A stretch of 64,000 nt of DNA from an uncultured cyanobacterium (lineage in GTDB: Bacteria > Cyanobacteriota > Cyanobacteriia > Cyanobacteriales > Cyanobacteriaceae), in contig CAVQBA010000004.1 of the NCBI GenBank assembly GCA_963710605.1, positions 288,001-352,000 on the forward strand, read 5' to 3'. Within the stretch, counting starts at the first letter, position 1; each line of letters opens with the position of its first letter. Position numbers and translations under genes: made by a program. The notes under the pieces were generated by a model that saw only the letters and a program-made list of their open reading frames with translations, was not told the origin of the DNA and did not search any database. Shown piece by piece: positions 46,159 to 56,000 of the stretch.

Positions 46159-49100
46159 ATGAACAATAACTCTAACAATAAGCAAGAAAAGGGAGATTTA
46201 TGGATAGTAGCAATTGGGGCTTCAGCAGGTGGCTTAAAAGCGATCGAAGAATTTTTTGATCATCTTCAAAGTGATAGTAATGCCGCTTTTGTCTTGATAC
46301 AACATTTATCTCCAGATTTTAAAAGTTTGATGAAAGAAATATTGGAAAAACATACCAATATGAATTTGCATCGAGTTCAAGACGGGATGAAGCTTAAACC
46401 TAATAATATTTATTTGATACCTAACTATAGTAATTTAGTTGTTAGAGAAAAAAAACTATATTTAGTCGATCGTACACCTAAACAAAGTTTAAAATCTAAC
46501 CTGCCCATCAATCTATTTTTCAAATCTCTGGCAGAGAATAAAAGTGAAAAAATTATTGGTATAGTCTTATCAGGCACAGGTAGTGATGGCTCGATCGGAT
46601 TACAAGAGATTAGCGAAGCAGGAGGAGTGTGTCTAGTACAGTCTCCTGCTAGTGCCGAATTTGATGGAATGCCTTCTAGTGCATTAGCTACAGGAGTAGT
46701 TGATCAAGCATTACCTCCTAGTCAGTTAGCTTCACTTGTTTATGAAATTGTCAAACAAAATCGGCTTAAAAACCCAGTTTTAACCAATGGTAATTCATCT
46801 CAATTAGATACTCGTCAATTACAAACAATTATCGAAATACTTAAATCATCTCAGGATATAGATTTTACTTATTATCGTCCTTCTACTTTTTCTCGTCGAA
46901 CTTTTCGTCGTTGCTCAATCACCGGTTACGAAGATGTAGATTCATATATTGAGCATTTAGAATATTCAATTGAAGAGCAAAGAATTCTTAAAGATGATTT
47001 ACTTATTGGTGTCACCCGTTTCTTTCGTGATTTACCCGCATGGCAAATTTTAGAACGTAAAATTACCGCCTATTTACAAACAAAAGCTCAACCGAGTAAT
47101 TTCACTTTTAGGGCTTGGGTAAGTGCTTGCTCATCAGGAGAAGAAGCCTATTCTCTAGCGATTATGTTAGATCAAATTAGAGAAAAAACAGGTAAAGAAT
47201 TTAATATTAAAATTTTTGCTACCGATCTAGACGGCATTGCTTTAACCGAAGCGAGTAAAGGAATTTACTCAGAAAGTATTGGTAGTAATATACCTGAATA
47301 CATCTTGAATAAATATTTTTCTTGGCGTGGAGACAAATACCACATAGTTAGATATATTCGAGAAATGATTATTTTTGCACCTCATAATTTGGTCAAAAAT
47401 GCCGCTTTTACGCAGATGGATTTGGTTACTTGTCGTAATGTTTTGATTTATTTGCGGACTCATTTACAAGATCAAGTCTTACGCCGATTACATTTTGCCT
47501 TAACTTCTAAAGGAATTTTGTTTTTAGGTGAATCTGAATCTTTAGGTAGTATTGAAAATGAATTTTTAAATCTTGACAGTAAATGGAAAATTTTTCAAAA
47601 ACTACGAGATATTCGTTTGCCTTTTGTCGAAAAGAATCGAAAAGAATTTTCTTATGATACCCCTTTAGTTGTATCACAACCTTATGTTCGTAATCACCAT
47701 CAAAATAATCGTTCAACACCACCTAATCGTCAAAAATATCCTTTAGTAGATAATATCCTTCATCAAGCTTTAGTTGATGTTTATGCCAATAGAAATGTTA
47801 CTTGTCTTTTAGCTGATAAAAATGGCGGTTTGATTCATACCGTTGCCGATAAATTAAGGTTACTGCAAGTGCCTCAAGGTAAACAGACAAATAAAGTGAT
47901 TTCGATGTTGCCAGAGCAATTGAGTTTACCAATTAGTACAGGAATTAATCGGGCGATTCGTAGCGAGGAGAATATTACTTATACTGATGTTCGTTTTGAA
48001 ACTAACGAGCAAGAAGTTATAGTTGTCGATATTACGATTAAATCTAGTCGTACTAATCAAGCTACAGATATGTTTTTAACTTTAATTGTCGAAGAAGGGC
48101 AAAAATCGCTTATCCCGACAGTTGCTGATAGTACATTGATTAAGTTTTCAGGTCAAGATGCGAATCAACATCTTGATCAACTGGAATACGAGTTACAACA
48201 AACCCGTGAAAATTTACAAGCTACGATCGAAGAATTAGAAACTAGTAACGAAGAGCAACAATCTAGTAACGAGGAATTACTCGCTTCTAATGAAGAACTA
48301 CAAAGTACTAACGAAGAACTACAATCAGTTAATGAAGAACTTTATACAGTAAATTCAGAATATCAATCAAAAATTACTGAACTAACTCAATTAAGTAATG
48401 ATGTTGAAAATTTACTTAGAAGTACAGGATTAGGTGTCGTATTTCTCGATTGACAATTACGAATTAGGAAATTTACTCAAGCGGCAAGTAAAGCAATCAA
48501 TTTAGTCGAATCTGATCTAGAGCGTCCTTTATTTCATCTAACTCATAATCTAAAAGATGTTGACTTACAAGTTTTATGTCAACAAGTTTTGGAAACAGAA
48601 GGTTATATCGAAAAACAAGTCAAAATTATCAATAAAAATGAATACCTTTTAATGCGTATTAATCCTTATCGATGTGACTTAGGATTAGTAGCCGGTATTG
48701 TCATGAATTTTGTCCCGATTGATGAATTAAAAAAATTAGAAGCACAACTATTAGAAAGTAATCAGATTTTAGAAACGACTTATCAAACTGCACCTGTAGG
48801 TTTGTCTTTAGTTGATAAAGATTTTCGTTATCATAGAATTAATTCTATTTTAGCTAAAATAAATGGTTTACCTGTAAGTGAACATATTGGTAAAACTATT
48901 CCTGAAATTTTACCCGAACTTAAAGATAAATTAATACCTTTCTATCAAAAAGTATTAGATACAGGAAAACCAATTAAAAATATAGAAATATCGGGACCAA
49001 AACCTAGTAATCCTAATGAAACAGGGTATTGGATGGTAAGTTATTATCGTGTTGAAGAAGGTATCTCCACAGTGGTAGTAGATATTAGTCAACGTAAAGA

Positions 49101-51081
49101 GATTGAACATGAGTTAACTAAAAATCAAGAGTATCTTAACCATTTATTAGCTTCGTCTCCTGCGGTTATTTTTAGTGGTCAAATAAAAGATAATTATCCG
49201 TTTCATTATATAAGTAACAATATAAGATCTATTTTGGGTTACGATTCGTCAGATTTTGTCCTTGGGCGATCGTCATTATTAGATTACGTTCATCCAGACG
49301 AACATCAACAGGTTTTAAATTGTTTTAAGACGATTTTGCTCGATCGTGTTTGTACTTTTGAAGCTCGTTTTTTACACGCTGATGGTTATTACTCTTGGCT
49401 GAGAAGTCAGATACAAGTTACCGATTCTGAAAAATCAACCCAAGAAGAATATATTGGTTATTTGATCGATATTAGCGATCGAAAATCGATCGAAAATGAA
49501 ATGGAAACTAAAAGTAACTTTTTAGCTTGTATGAGTCATGAGATTCGTACGCCCATGAATGGAGTTATCGGTATGTTAGATTTAATCGAATCAGATAAAC
49601 TAAGCACCGCCGAACAATTCAAAATTAATGTAGCCAAATCATCTGCCGAATCTTTACTAACTGTGATTGATGACATTCTTGACTATTCTCAAGCTAATTC
49701 AGGAATTTTAGAATTAGAATCAACTAATTTTCATCTAATTGAATTAATGGGAATGCTCGCCCAAAGTATTAGTTTGAAAGCCGAAGAAAAAAACATGGAA
49801 CTAATATTAGATTTAAGAGGTATCAAACAACCAATAGTTAAAGGAGACCCCAATAGATTAAGACAAATTGTAACTAATTTGATTTCTAATGCAATTAAAT
49901 TTACTGACTCAGCAGAAGAAATTATCGTCACTTCAAAATTAGAACAACAACCAAACCAAAATGAGCAATATTTGTTAACAACTTCGGTAATAGACAAAGG
50001 TATCGGTGTATCCGAAGAAAGACTTGATGATATTTTTGAACTTTTTACTCAAAACGATAATAGTCTAACCCGCAAATATGGCGGTACAGGATTAGGTTTG
50101 AGTATCGTCAAAAAATTATGTCAACTGATGGGTGGTGATGTTAGCGTCGAAAGTAAAGTTGGTGAAGGCAGTACTTTTACCGTTCAGGTTTACTTACAAA
50201 CTAGCGATGCTAATCAACCTTCATTACCCTATTATCGATTAGATAATCTTAACATTTTGCTAATCGAAAATAATCAAACTAATCGTAATATATTAAGTTC
50301 TCAATTACAAGATTGGGGGGCAAATGTAGTTTCAGCCATCAGTGGTAAAGACGCTTTGTTTATTTGTGAAGATGATAAGTTTGAATTTAACTTATTTTTA
50401 ATTGATGTTTCTTTAATTGAAATGGATGTTGTACAATTAATTGAAAAATTACAACAGTACGATAAATTTAAACAAGCTTATTTCTTGTTACTTACTCCGA
50501 TTACCTACCAACCATTAACCACTAACTTCCCGACCTTAGAATGTTTATATTCAATTAATAAACCAGTCTCTGTCAAACAACTATGGGAAAAAGTTTCCTT
50601 GTTTGCTTCACAACTAAAAACTAAATTCTATGCCGAAGATTCACTCATAGATATTTCTAAACCTAAAAAGACTTTATCTTCAAAAACTAGAGCTAATGCC
50701 AAAATTCTATTAGTCGAAGATAACCCGATTAACCAAATGGTTTTTCAAGGTTTATTAGATAAAAATGAAATTAAAAGCGATATAGCCGCTAATGGAGTCA
50801 AAGCTTTAGAGATGTTACGTAATGCCCCTGTGAATCAACCTTATAATTTGGTTTTAATGGATTGCTTGTTACCTCAAATGAATGGTTATGAAACGGCTGA
50901 AAAAATTAGGCAAGGTGAGGCTGGCGAATTTTATCGTGATCTGATGATTATTGGGATTATTTCTAATGCCAGCAAAGAAGACAAGAAAAAATGTTTAGCG
51001 GCGGGAATGAATGATTATTTATCTAAGCCCCTCAAACAAGCTCAATTAGTCGAAATGCTGACACGGTGGCAAATCGTTTAA
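46159..51081 (+). CDS. CheB-CheR-coiled coil-PAS-hybrid histidine kinase with two receiver domains; in-frame TGA at 48451-48453
   Basis: [16 protein letters not shown] (CheB), [13 protein letters not shown] (CheR), (STNEEL)n, [28 protein letters not shown], two REC domains; both ORFs share a frame. Confidence 0.9.
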
Positions 51082-51098
51082 CGAGTAATGAGTAAGGA

Positions 51099-51164
51099 GT
51101 AGGTTGGGTTGAGCATTAAAAAACTAAGATACAAACTATATACTAAATAAGGGCGAAACCCAAC
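51099..51164 (+). repeat. GTAG-type REP-like element with 39-nt loop insert
   Basis: GTAGGTTGGGTTGAG-N39-GCGAAACCCAAC. Confidence 0.78.
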
Positions 51165-51167
51165 AAT

Positions 51168-51330
51168 TATAGTTGTTTAAAAAAAGAATTGAGACAGTAC
51201 TAACAATCGCAAAAATGTGAGTACAAACCCCGCCTTGAATTATCATTACAAAGCTAATAAAATCCGTTTAATAAATTAAACTCTATACTTGAATTCTAAA
51301 ATTATCTCATTTTTATTTTAATTAACTATA
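51168..51330 (+). mobile_element. Family C MITE, full copy (163 bp)
   Basis: TATAGTTGTTTAAAAAAAGAATTGAGACAG ... TATCTCATTTTTATTTTAATTAACTATA with a two-hairpin core. Confidence 0.72.
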
Positions 51331-51400
51331 AGTAATAAGTTATTTATTCTCACCGAAGACGTGCTTCGATAAGGGATTCATCTCAATTCCAAAGAATCAC

Positions 51401-52414
51401 CTAAAATTTAAAACATAATTTTTCTACTTTAGCATTTGAAGAGCGATAAGAAACGATCGCTACATCTAGTTTAGTATTCTGATAAAGACTCAAAGCACGT
51501 TTAATTGCGTTGATAATCCAGTTAATATCATTCCCAAACGCTCCACCTCCGAGTAAGGTTAGAAACAGCTTATTATTACCATTATTAATTGAATTTAGAA
51601 TTGCAGTACAGATAGTTGCTTCATAAGATGCTTCTAAAATAAGCTGAGAAAAATCCTGCCAAAGAGAAGCAGAATGAGGAGAATAAGCCACAGGTAAAGC
51701 CGAGCAATAAGCTTGAGAAACAGTATGTTGACATCGATCGAGAGTGACTTGTGTATTCGATTGAATCCCTATTTTAAGTAACTTGCGTAATTCATCTAAT
51801 TCTTCTTCACTACAACTTCTAAGTTTTTCAGAAATTTCTACTAAACCCTGATGTGAGGCTAAAACATAACCGTTTTTCATCCGCCAAAGACGATTATTCT
51901 CGTTTCCTAAAGCAATTCCAATATCCGCCAGACAATCAATTTGATTAGTTGCTGATTGACCAATATGTCCATTAACATTAGCAAAATAGTTACGATAAAT
52001 AGTTCCTGCACCAGCGGCGATCGCACAATTAGGACCTTGAGTCCGATCTCTTTCATAAATAGTTACACCATCTTCTGGCGTTACACGAGGAGTTACCATC
52101 TCCAGCAAATTAAATTGTGAAGCAACTTGAAATAAAGAGTTAGCATTAGATTCATCTGTATGTAAATCTTGGACATTCGCCACTACTTCCCGAACAGAAA
52201 TTTTACCTTTATTATAATCACAATCATTGACAAGTTGACGTAGTTGTGATAGAGAAATTATTTCTAATTTACCGCAAATAAATTGTTTTCCATTTACCAA
52301 AGAAGTTAAAACATTATCTTCAACCATCATATACGTTCTAACTTGCTGAGGTGATTTTTCAGTAAATCCTGTTAATTTTTCAAACCACATCGATCGTTTT
52401 GACAGATAATTCAT
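51401..52414 (-). CDS. Hypothetical protein, possible macrodomain/PARG-like fold
   Basis: LFQVASQFNLLEM, DRTQGP.CA, LTLLGGGAFGN. Confidence 0.6.
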   Translation of the reverse strand: MNYLSKRSMWFEKLTGFTEKSPQQVRTYMMVEDNVLTSLVNGKQFICGKLEIISLSQLRQLVNDCDYNKGKISVREVVANVQDLHTDESNANSLFQVASQFNLLEMVTPRVTPEDGVTIYERDRTQGPNCAIAAGAGTIYRNYFANVNGHIGQSATNQIDCLADIGIALGNENNRLWRMKNGYVLASHQGLVEISEKLRSCSEEELDELRKLLKIGIQSNTQVTLDRCQHTVSQAYCSALPVAYSPHSASLWQDFSQLILEASYEATICTAILNSINNGNNKLFLTLLGGGAFGNDINWIINAIKRALSLYQNTKLDVAIVSYRSSNAKVEKLCFKF

Positions 52415-52457
52415 TTATAATAACATCAAAATTTTTAATCAGAGATATTATAGTCGT

Positions 52458-52835
52458 ATGAGTTTAGGTGCTCGTATTGTTATTGGAATAGTAGCTTTGC
52501 TATGTGGAATTAGTTTTTTAATCAGTGCGATCGACCCTGATGGAACTATCAAAAATCCTTTGATGGCGTATGGTATAACAGTATTTTGTTTTAGTATTGC
52601 GATCGCTTGTTTTTTTCCTCAGAGTCATTCCATTACTTTACGTTTTATTAGTGGTGCAATTTTTATTGGCTTTGCTAGTTATGTGATTGAAAGTTTTGGC
52701 ACTGAAAAACTCGATCGTGCATTAATGGGTTTTATTGTTTGGGGGCTTCCTTCAGGTTACGTCATGATTATGGGAAGATTTCCCTCTTGGGGTACTGCCT
52801 CACAAGTATTTAATAATAGATCGAAGAAGAAATAG
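52458..52835 (+). CDS. Four-TM hypothetical membrane protein
   Basis: 125 aa with four hydrophobic segments. Confidence 0.7.
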   Translation: MSLGARIVIGIVALLCGISFLISAIDPDGTIKNPLMAYGITVFCFSIAIACFFPQSHSITLRFISGAIFIGFASYVIESFGTEKLDRALMGFIVWGLPSGYVMIMGRFPSWGTASQVFNNRSKKK

Positions 52836-52969
52836 AGCGGATTTTCTACTAGTTCATTAAACTCAACAGTTACGACCAAAAACCGCATAATAAGTTTGAG
52901 CATTTCGTTATAATCATAGAAAAAGAGATTATATTTAAGTGTATTTTTCCTCGGAGGTAAAATTTTTTC

Positions 52970-53260
52970 ATGTCAACTCAAGTAATTGAAAAGAAAACAA
53001 CTAGCCCTAATCGTGAAAGAAAAAAAGATCCAGGTTACCGTGTATTATTACATAACGACCCTGTCAATACAATGGAATATGTAGTAGAAACTTTAATCCA
53101 AACCGTAGGTATTAGTGAACCACAAGCAGTTAATGTGATGATGGAAACTCATAATACAGGTGTTGGTTTAGTTACAGTATGTGCTTTCGAGCATGCTGAA
53201 TTTTACTGTGAAAGTCTTAAAAGTAAAGGTTTGACAAGTACGATCGAACCTGCTGAATAA
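52970..53260 (+). CDS. clpS: Clp protease adapter ClpS
   Basis: YRVLLHNDPVNTMEYVV, MMETH, EHAEFYCE. Confidence 0.95.
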   Translation: MSTQVIEKKTTSPNRERKKDPGYRVLLHNDPVNTMEYVVETLIQTVGISEPQAVNVMMETHNTGVGLVTVCAFEHAEFYCESLKSKGLTSTIEPAE

Positions 53261-53483
53261 CCGATATTATCGACTCGCTAATTAATTAATTATCTACTCA
53301 AGTCAAAAACGAGCTTTTTAGTTAATTAATCGCTAATTTTCGATCGAGATAAAAACTAATGATACGAAGTTTATAGTAGATTATTTAGCTACAAAAATCT
53401 TCGTTTCATCGTTTATAGTGCTTTTTTGTGGCAAAATAACTTTAATACTGAACAGATATTATATACAGATAAAGACAATCATT

Positions 53484-53843
53484 ATGTTACTCAAATCTAC
53501 TACTCGTCATGTCAGAGTCTTTGCCGCTGAAGTGCAAGACGACGAATTAATTCCCTCTGAACAAGTTTTGACACTAGATATTGATCCTGATAACGAATTA
53601 AATTGGGAAGAAGTTGCTTTACAAAAAGTCTATCGTAAATTTGATGAACTAGTCGAAAACAGTGCAGGAGTAGAATTAACTGACTACAACCTACGTCGTA
53701 TTGGTTCAGATTTAGAAAATTTTATTCGTGAGCTACTTCTTCAAGGTGAAATTAGTTACAATCTTGACTCTAGAGTACTCAATTATAGTATGGGTTTACC
53801 TAGAGTAGAAAGTTCAGAATCTGAGGGGAAATATCAACTTTAA
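53484..53843 (+). CDS. ndhM: NDH-1 subunit M
   Basis: [43 protein letters not shown]. Confidence 0.95.
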   Translation: MLLKSTTRHVRVFAAEVQDDELIPSEQVLTLDIDPDNELNWEEVALQKVYRKFDELVENSAGVELTDYNLRRIGSDLENFIRELLLQGEISYNLDSRVLNYSMGLPRVESSESEGKYQL

Positions 53844-53866
53844 TAATTGATAATTACTAAAAAATT

Positions 53867-54811
53867 ATGGATTTATTATTATCCACCGTACAAATAACTA
53901 CGGTGGCTTTAGTTATTGGTGTTATCGTTTACTTTTTAACTCCTCGTCGTTACGAATCAGCTGATACAGTTGCTGATTCTTATGATGAATGGACTCAAGA
54001 CGGTGTTTTAGAATACTATTGGGGTGAACATATTCATTTAGGGCATTATGGCTCACCACCGACTAACAAAGGGTTTTTAGAAGCTAAAGTTGATTTCGTT
54101 CATGAAATGGTACGTTGGGGCGGATTAGATAAATTACCCAAAGGCACTAGAGTGTTAGATGTTGGTTGTGGTATTGGTGGTAGTAGTCGTATTTTAGCTG
54201 AAGATTATGGCTTTGATGTTACAGGTATTACTATAAGTGCTAATCAAGTAAAAAGAGCTAATGAATTAACACCTGAAGGGGTGAGTGCTAAATTTCAAGT
54301 TGATGATGCCATGGCGTTATCTTTTCCTGATGGTAGTTTTGATGTAGTTTGGTGTATTGAAGCTGGTCCTCATATGCCTGATAAAGCTGTATTTGCTGGG
54401 GAATTGATGCGTGTTTTAAAACCCGGCGGTAATTTGGTAGTTGCTGATTGGAATCAAAGAGACGATCGTCAAGTACCTTTAAACTCATGGGAAAAGCCCG
54501 TTATGAAGCAATTGTTAGAACAATGGTCACATCCTGCATTTGCTAGTATAGAAGGGTTTTCGGAGTTGTTAGAAGCTACAGGTAAAGTTGAAGGTGAGGT
54601 GGTTACTGCTGATTGGAGTAAAGAAACATTACCTTCTTGGTTAGATTCTATCTGGCAAGGTATTATTAAACCTCAAGGGTTATTAAAGTTTGGTATAGCT
54701 TGGTTAAGATCTGTTAGAGAAGTACCTACTTTAATTTTGATGCGTATCGCCTTTGGCAGTGGATTATGTCGTTTTGGAATGTTTAAAGCAACTAGAAAAA
54801 TTGAGAATTGA
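53867..54811 (+). CDS. MPBQ/MSBQ methyltransferase (tocopherol pathway, Sll0418-like)
   Basis: YYWGEHIHLGHY, LDVGCGIGGS, EAGPHMPDK, ADWNQRD. Confidence 0.85.
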   Translation: MDLLLSTVQITTVALVIGVIVYFLTPRRYESADTVADSYDEWTQDGVLEYYWGEHIHLGHYGSPPTNKGFLEAKVDFVHEMVRWGGLDKLPKGTRVLDVGCGIGGSSRILAEDYGFDVTGITISANQVKRANELTPEGVSAKFQVDDAMALSFPDGSFDVVWCIEAGPHMPDKAVFAGELMRVLKPGGNLVVADWNQRDDRQVPLNSWEKPVMKQLLEQWSHPAFASIEGFSELLEATGKVEGEVVTADWSKETLPSWLDSIWQGIIKPQGLLKFGIAWLRSVREVPTLILMRIAFGSGLCRFGMFKATRKIEN

Positions 54812-54842
54812 TAAAATTGAGAATTAAATTAATCTTGATTTT

Positions 54843-54865
54843 GGGTTTATGCCATAAACCCCTAC
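54843..54865 (-). repeat. Compact GTAG-type REP hairpin
   Basis: Reverse complement GTAGGGGTTTATGGCATAAACCC, between convergent genes. Confidence 0.7.
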
Positions 54866-54906
54866 AATTTTTTTTGGAACAACGCTTGTGTTACAAATAT
54901 AATTGA

Positions 54907-55635
54907 CTAACTTAACGGTTGTTTTGCAGGAGTACCTGTTTGTCGAGGAAATTTATTCGGTGTAGTGCGTATTTTTTCGACGTAAATACAGTGACGTATA
55001 TTTTGATTAATGGGGGTATTTTGGTTTGTAATATTAACCACTTTACCCCCTAATTGATTGGCTATTTTTTCGGTGACGATTTTCTCTTCTTCTGATAAAT
55101 TTCCTCGGTATAAAATAGCAATTCCACCAATTTTAAGTAATGGTAATGAATATTCTAAACAAACAGCAATTTGAGAAACTGCTCTAATAGTGACAAAATC
55201 ATACTGCTGACGATGATTAAGATGTTGCCCTACTACTTCTGCTCGACTAGTTACAGTAGTTACATTCTCAATATTTGCTTGTTTAATGTACTCATTAATA
55301 AAATTAATTTTTTTGGCAGTAGAATCAACTAATACTAATTTAGCATTCTCAAAGGCTAAAGCAATCGGTAAACCGGGAAAACCGCCTCCTGTACCCAAAT
55401 CAATTATTTTTTTGTTGGTTAAATCGTACTCTAAAATAGGGGCAACACTATCCCATAAATTCTTTTCCCAAAAGTCTTCGACAGTAGTAATACGAGTTAA
55501 ATTTAAGTATTGATTAGCTTCTAAAATAGCTAAATATAATTGTTGCCATTGTTGTTGTTGTGTAGTTGATGGTGTCCAATTATTCTTTTGTTGCCATAAA
55601 TCTAGATGACTTGGTAATAGATTCTCTTCACTCAT
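54907..55635 (-). CDS. rsmG: 16S rRNA m7G527 methyltransferase
   Basis: NLTRIT, DLGTGGGFPG, DS..KK..F, RAE, RAV. Confidence 0.94.
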   Translation of the reverse strand: MSEENLLPSHLDLWQQKNNWTPSTTQQQQWQQLYLAILEANQYLNLTRITTVEDFWEKNLWDSVAPILEYDLTNKKIIDLGTGGGFPGLPIALAFENAKLVLVDSTAKKINFINEYIKQANIENVTTVTSRAEVVGQHLNHRQQYDFVTIRAVSQIAVCLEYSLPLLKIGGIAILYRGNLSEEEKIVTEKIANQLGGKVVNITNQNTPINQNIRHCIYVEKIRTTPNKFPRQTGTPAKQPLS

Positions 55636-55652
55636 TTATTATTCTTTATTAT

Positions 55653-55755
55653 TTATTTTAGCCATTCTGATTCAGGTATTTCTGCTGTTTTAAAAATATT
55701 TTTTGATGTTCCAATCGGTAAAATTTTACCTTTATGTTCGGGTACAATGACTTTT
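55653..55755 (-). pseudogene. hicA: HicA toxin C-terminal remnant
   Basis: KVIVPEHKGKILPIGTSKNIFKTAEIPESEWLK*; N-terminus absent. Confidence 0.7.
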
Positions 55756-55818
55756 CACGAGTAATGAGTAATGATAATAAGTAATGAGTAATACCTCTTT
55801 AATGATACTATTAGGAGG

Positions 55819-55986
55819 TCATTCTATTTCCTCAGGCTGTAGATACAAATCGATCGCTTCAATTATATTTTCTAAAGCTTCTTCTTGAGTATCTCCACAA
55901 GAAACACATCCGGGTAATTCTGGACAGCAAATTGCCCATTCTCCTGTTTGTAAATCTGGTTCAAGAATAACACGCCATTTACTCAT
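55819..55986 (-). CDS. hicB: HicB-family antitoxin (55 aa, not in ORF track; may be prematurely stopped)
   Basis: MSKWRVILEPD...CPELPGCVSCGDTQEEALENIIEAIDLYL. Confidence 0.85.
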   Translation of the reverse strand: MSKWRVILEPDLQTGEWAICCPELPGCVSCGDTQEEALENIIEAIDLYLQPEEIE

Positions 55987-56000
55987 TTTGTTTACTCCTT

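Noticed and set aside
22640-48453. Genome-wide reassignment of UGA to a sense codon, or selenocysteine
   Set aside because: TGA is the normal stop of cpeZ, the transposase, the biliprotein gene, dusB and the Sll0418-like gene. The internal TGAs are not at Cys-type catalytic positions and share one DNA context.
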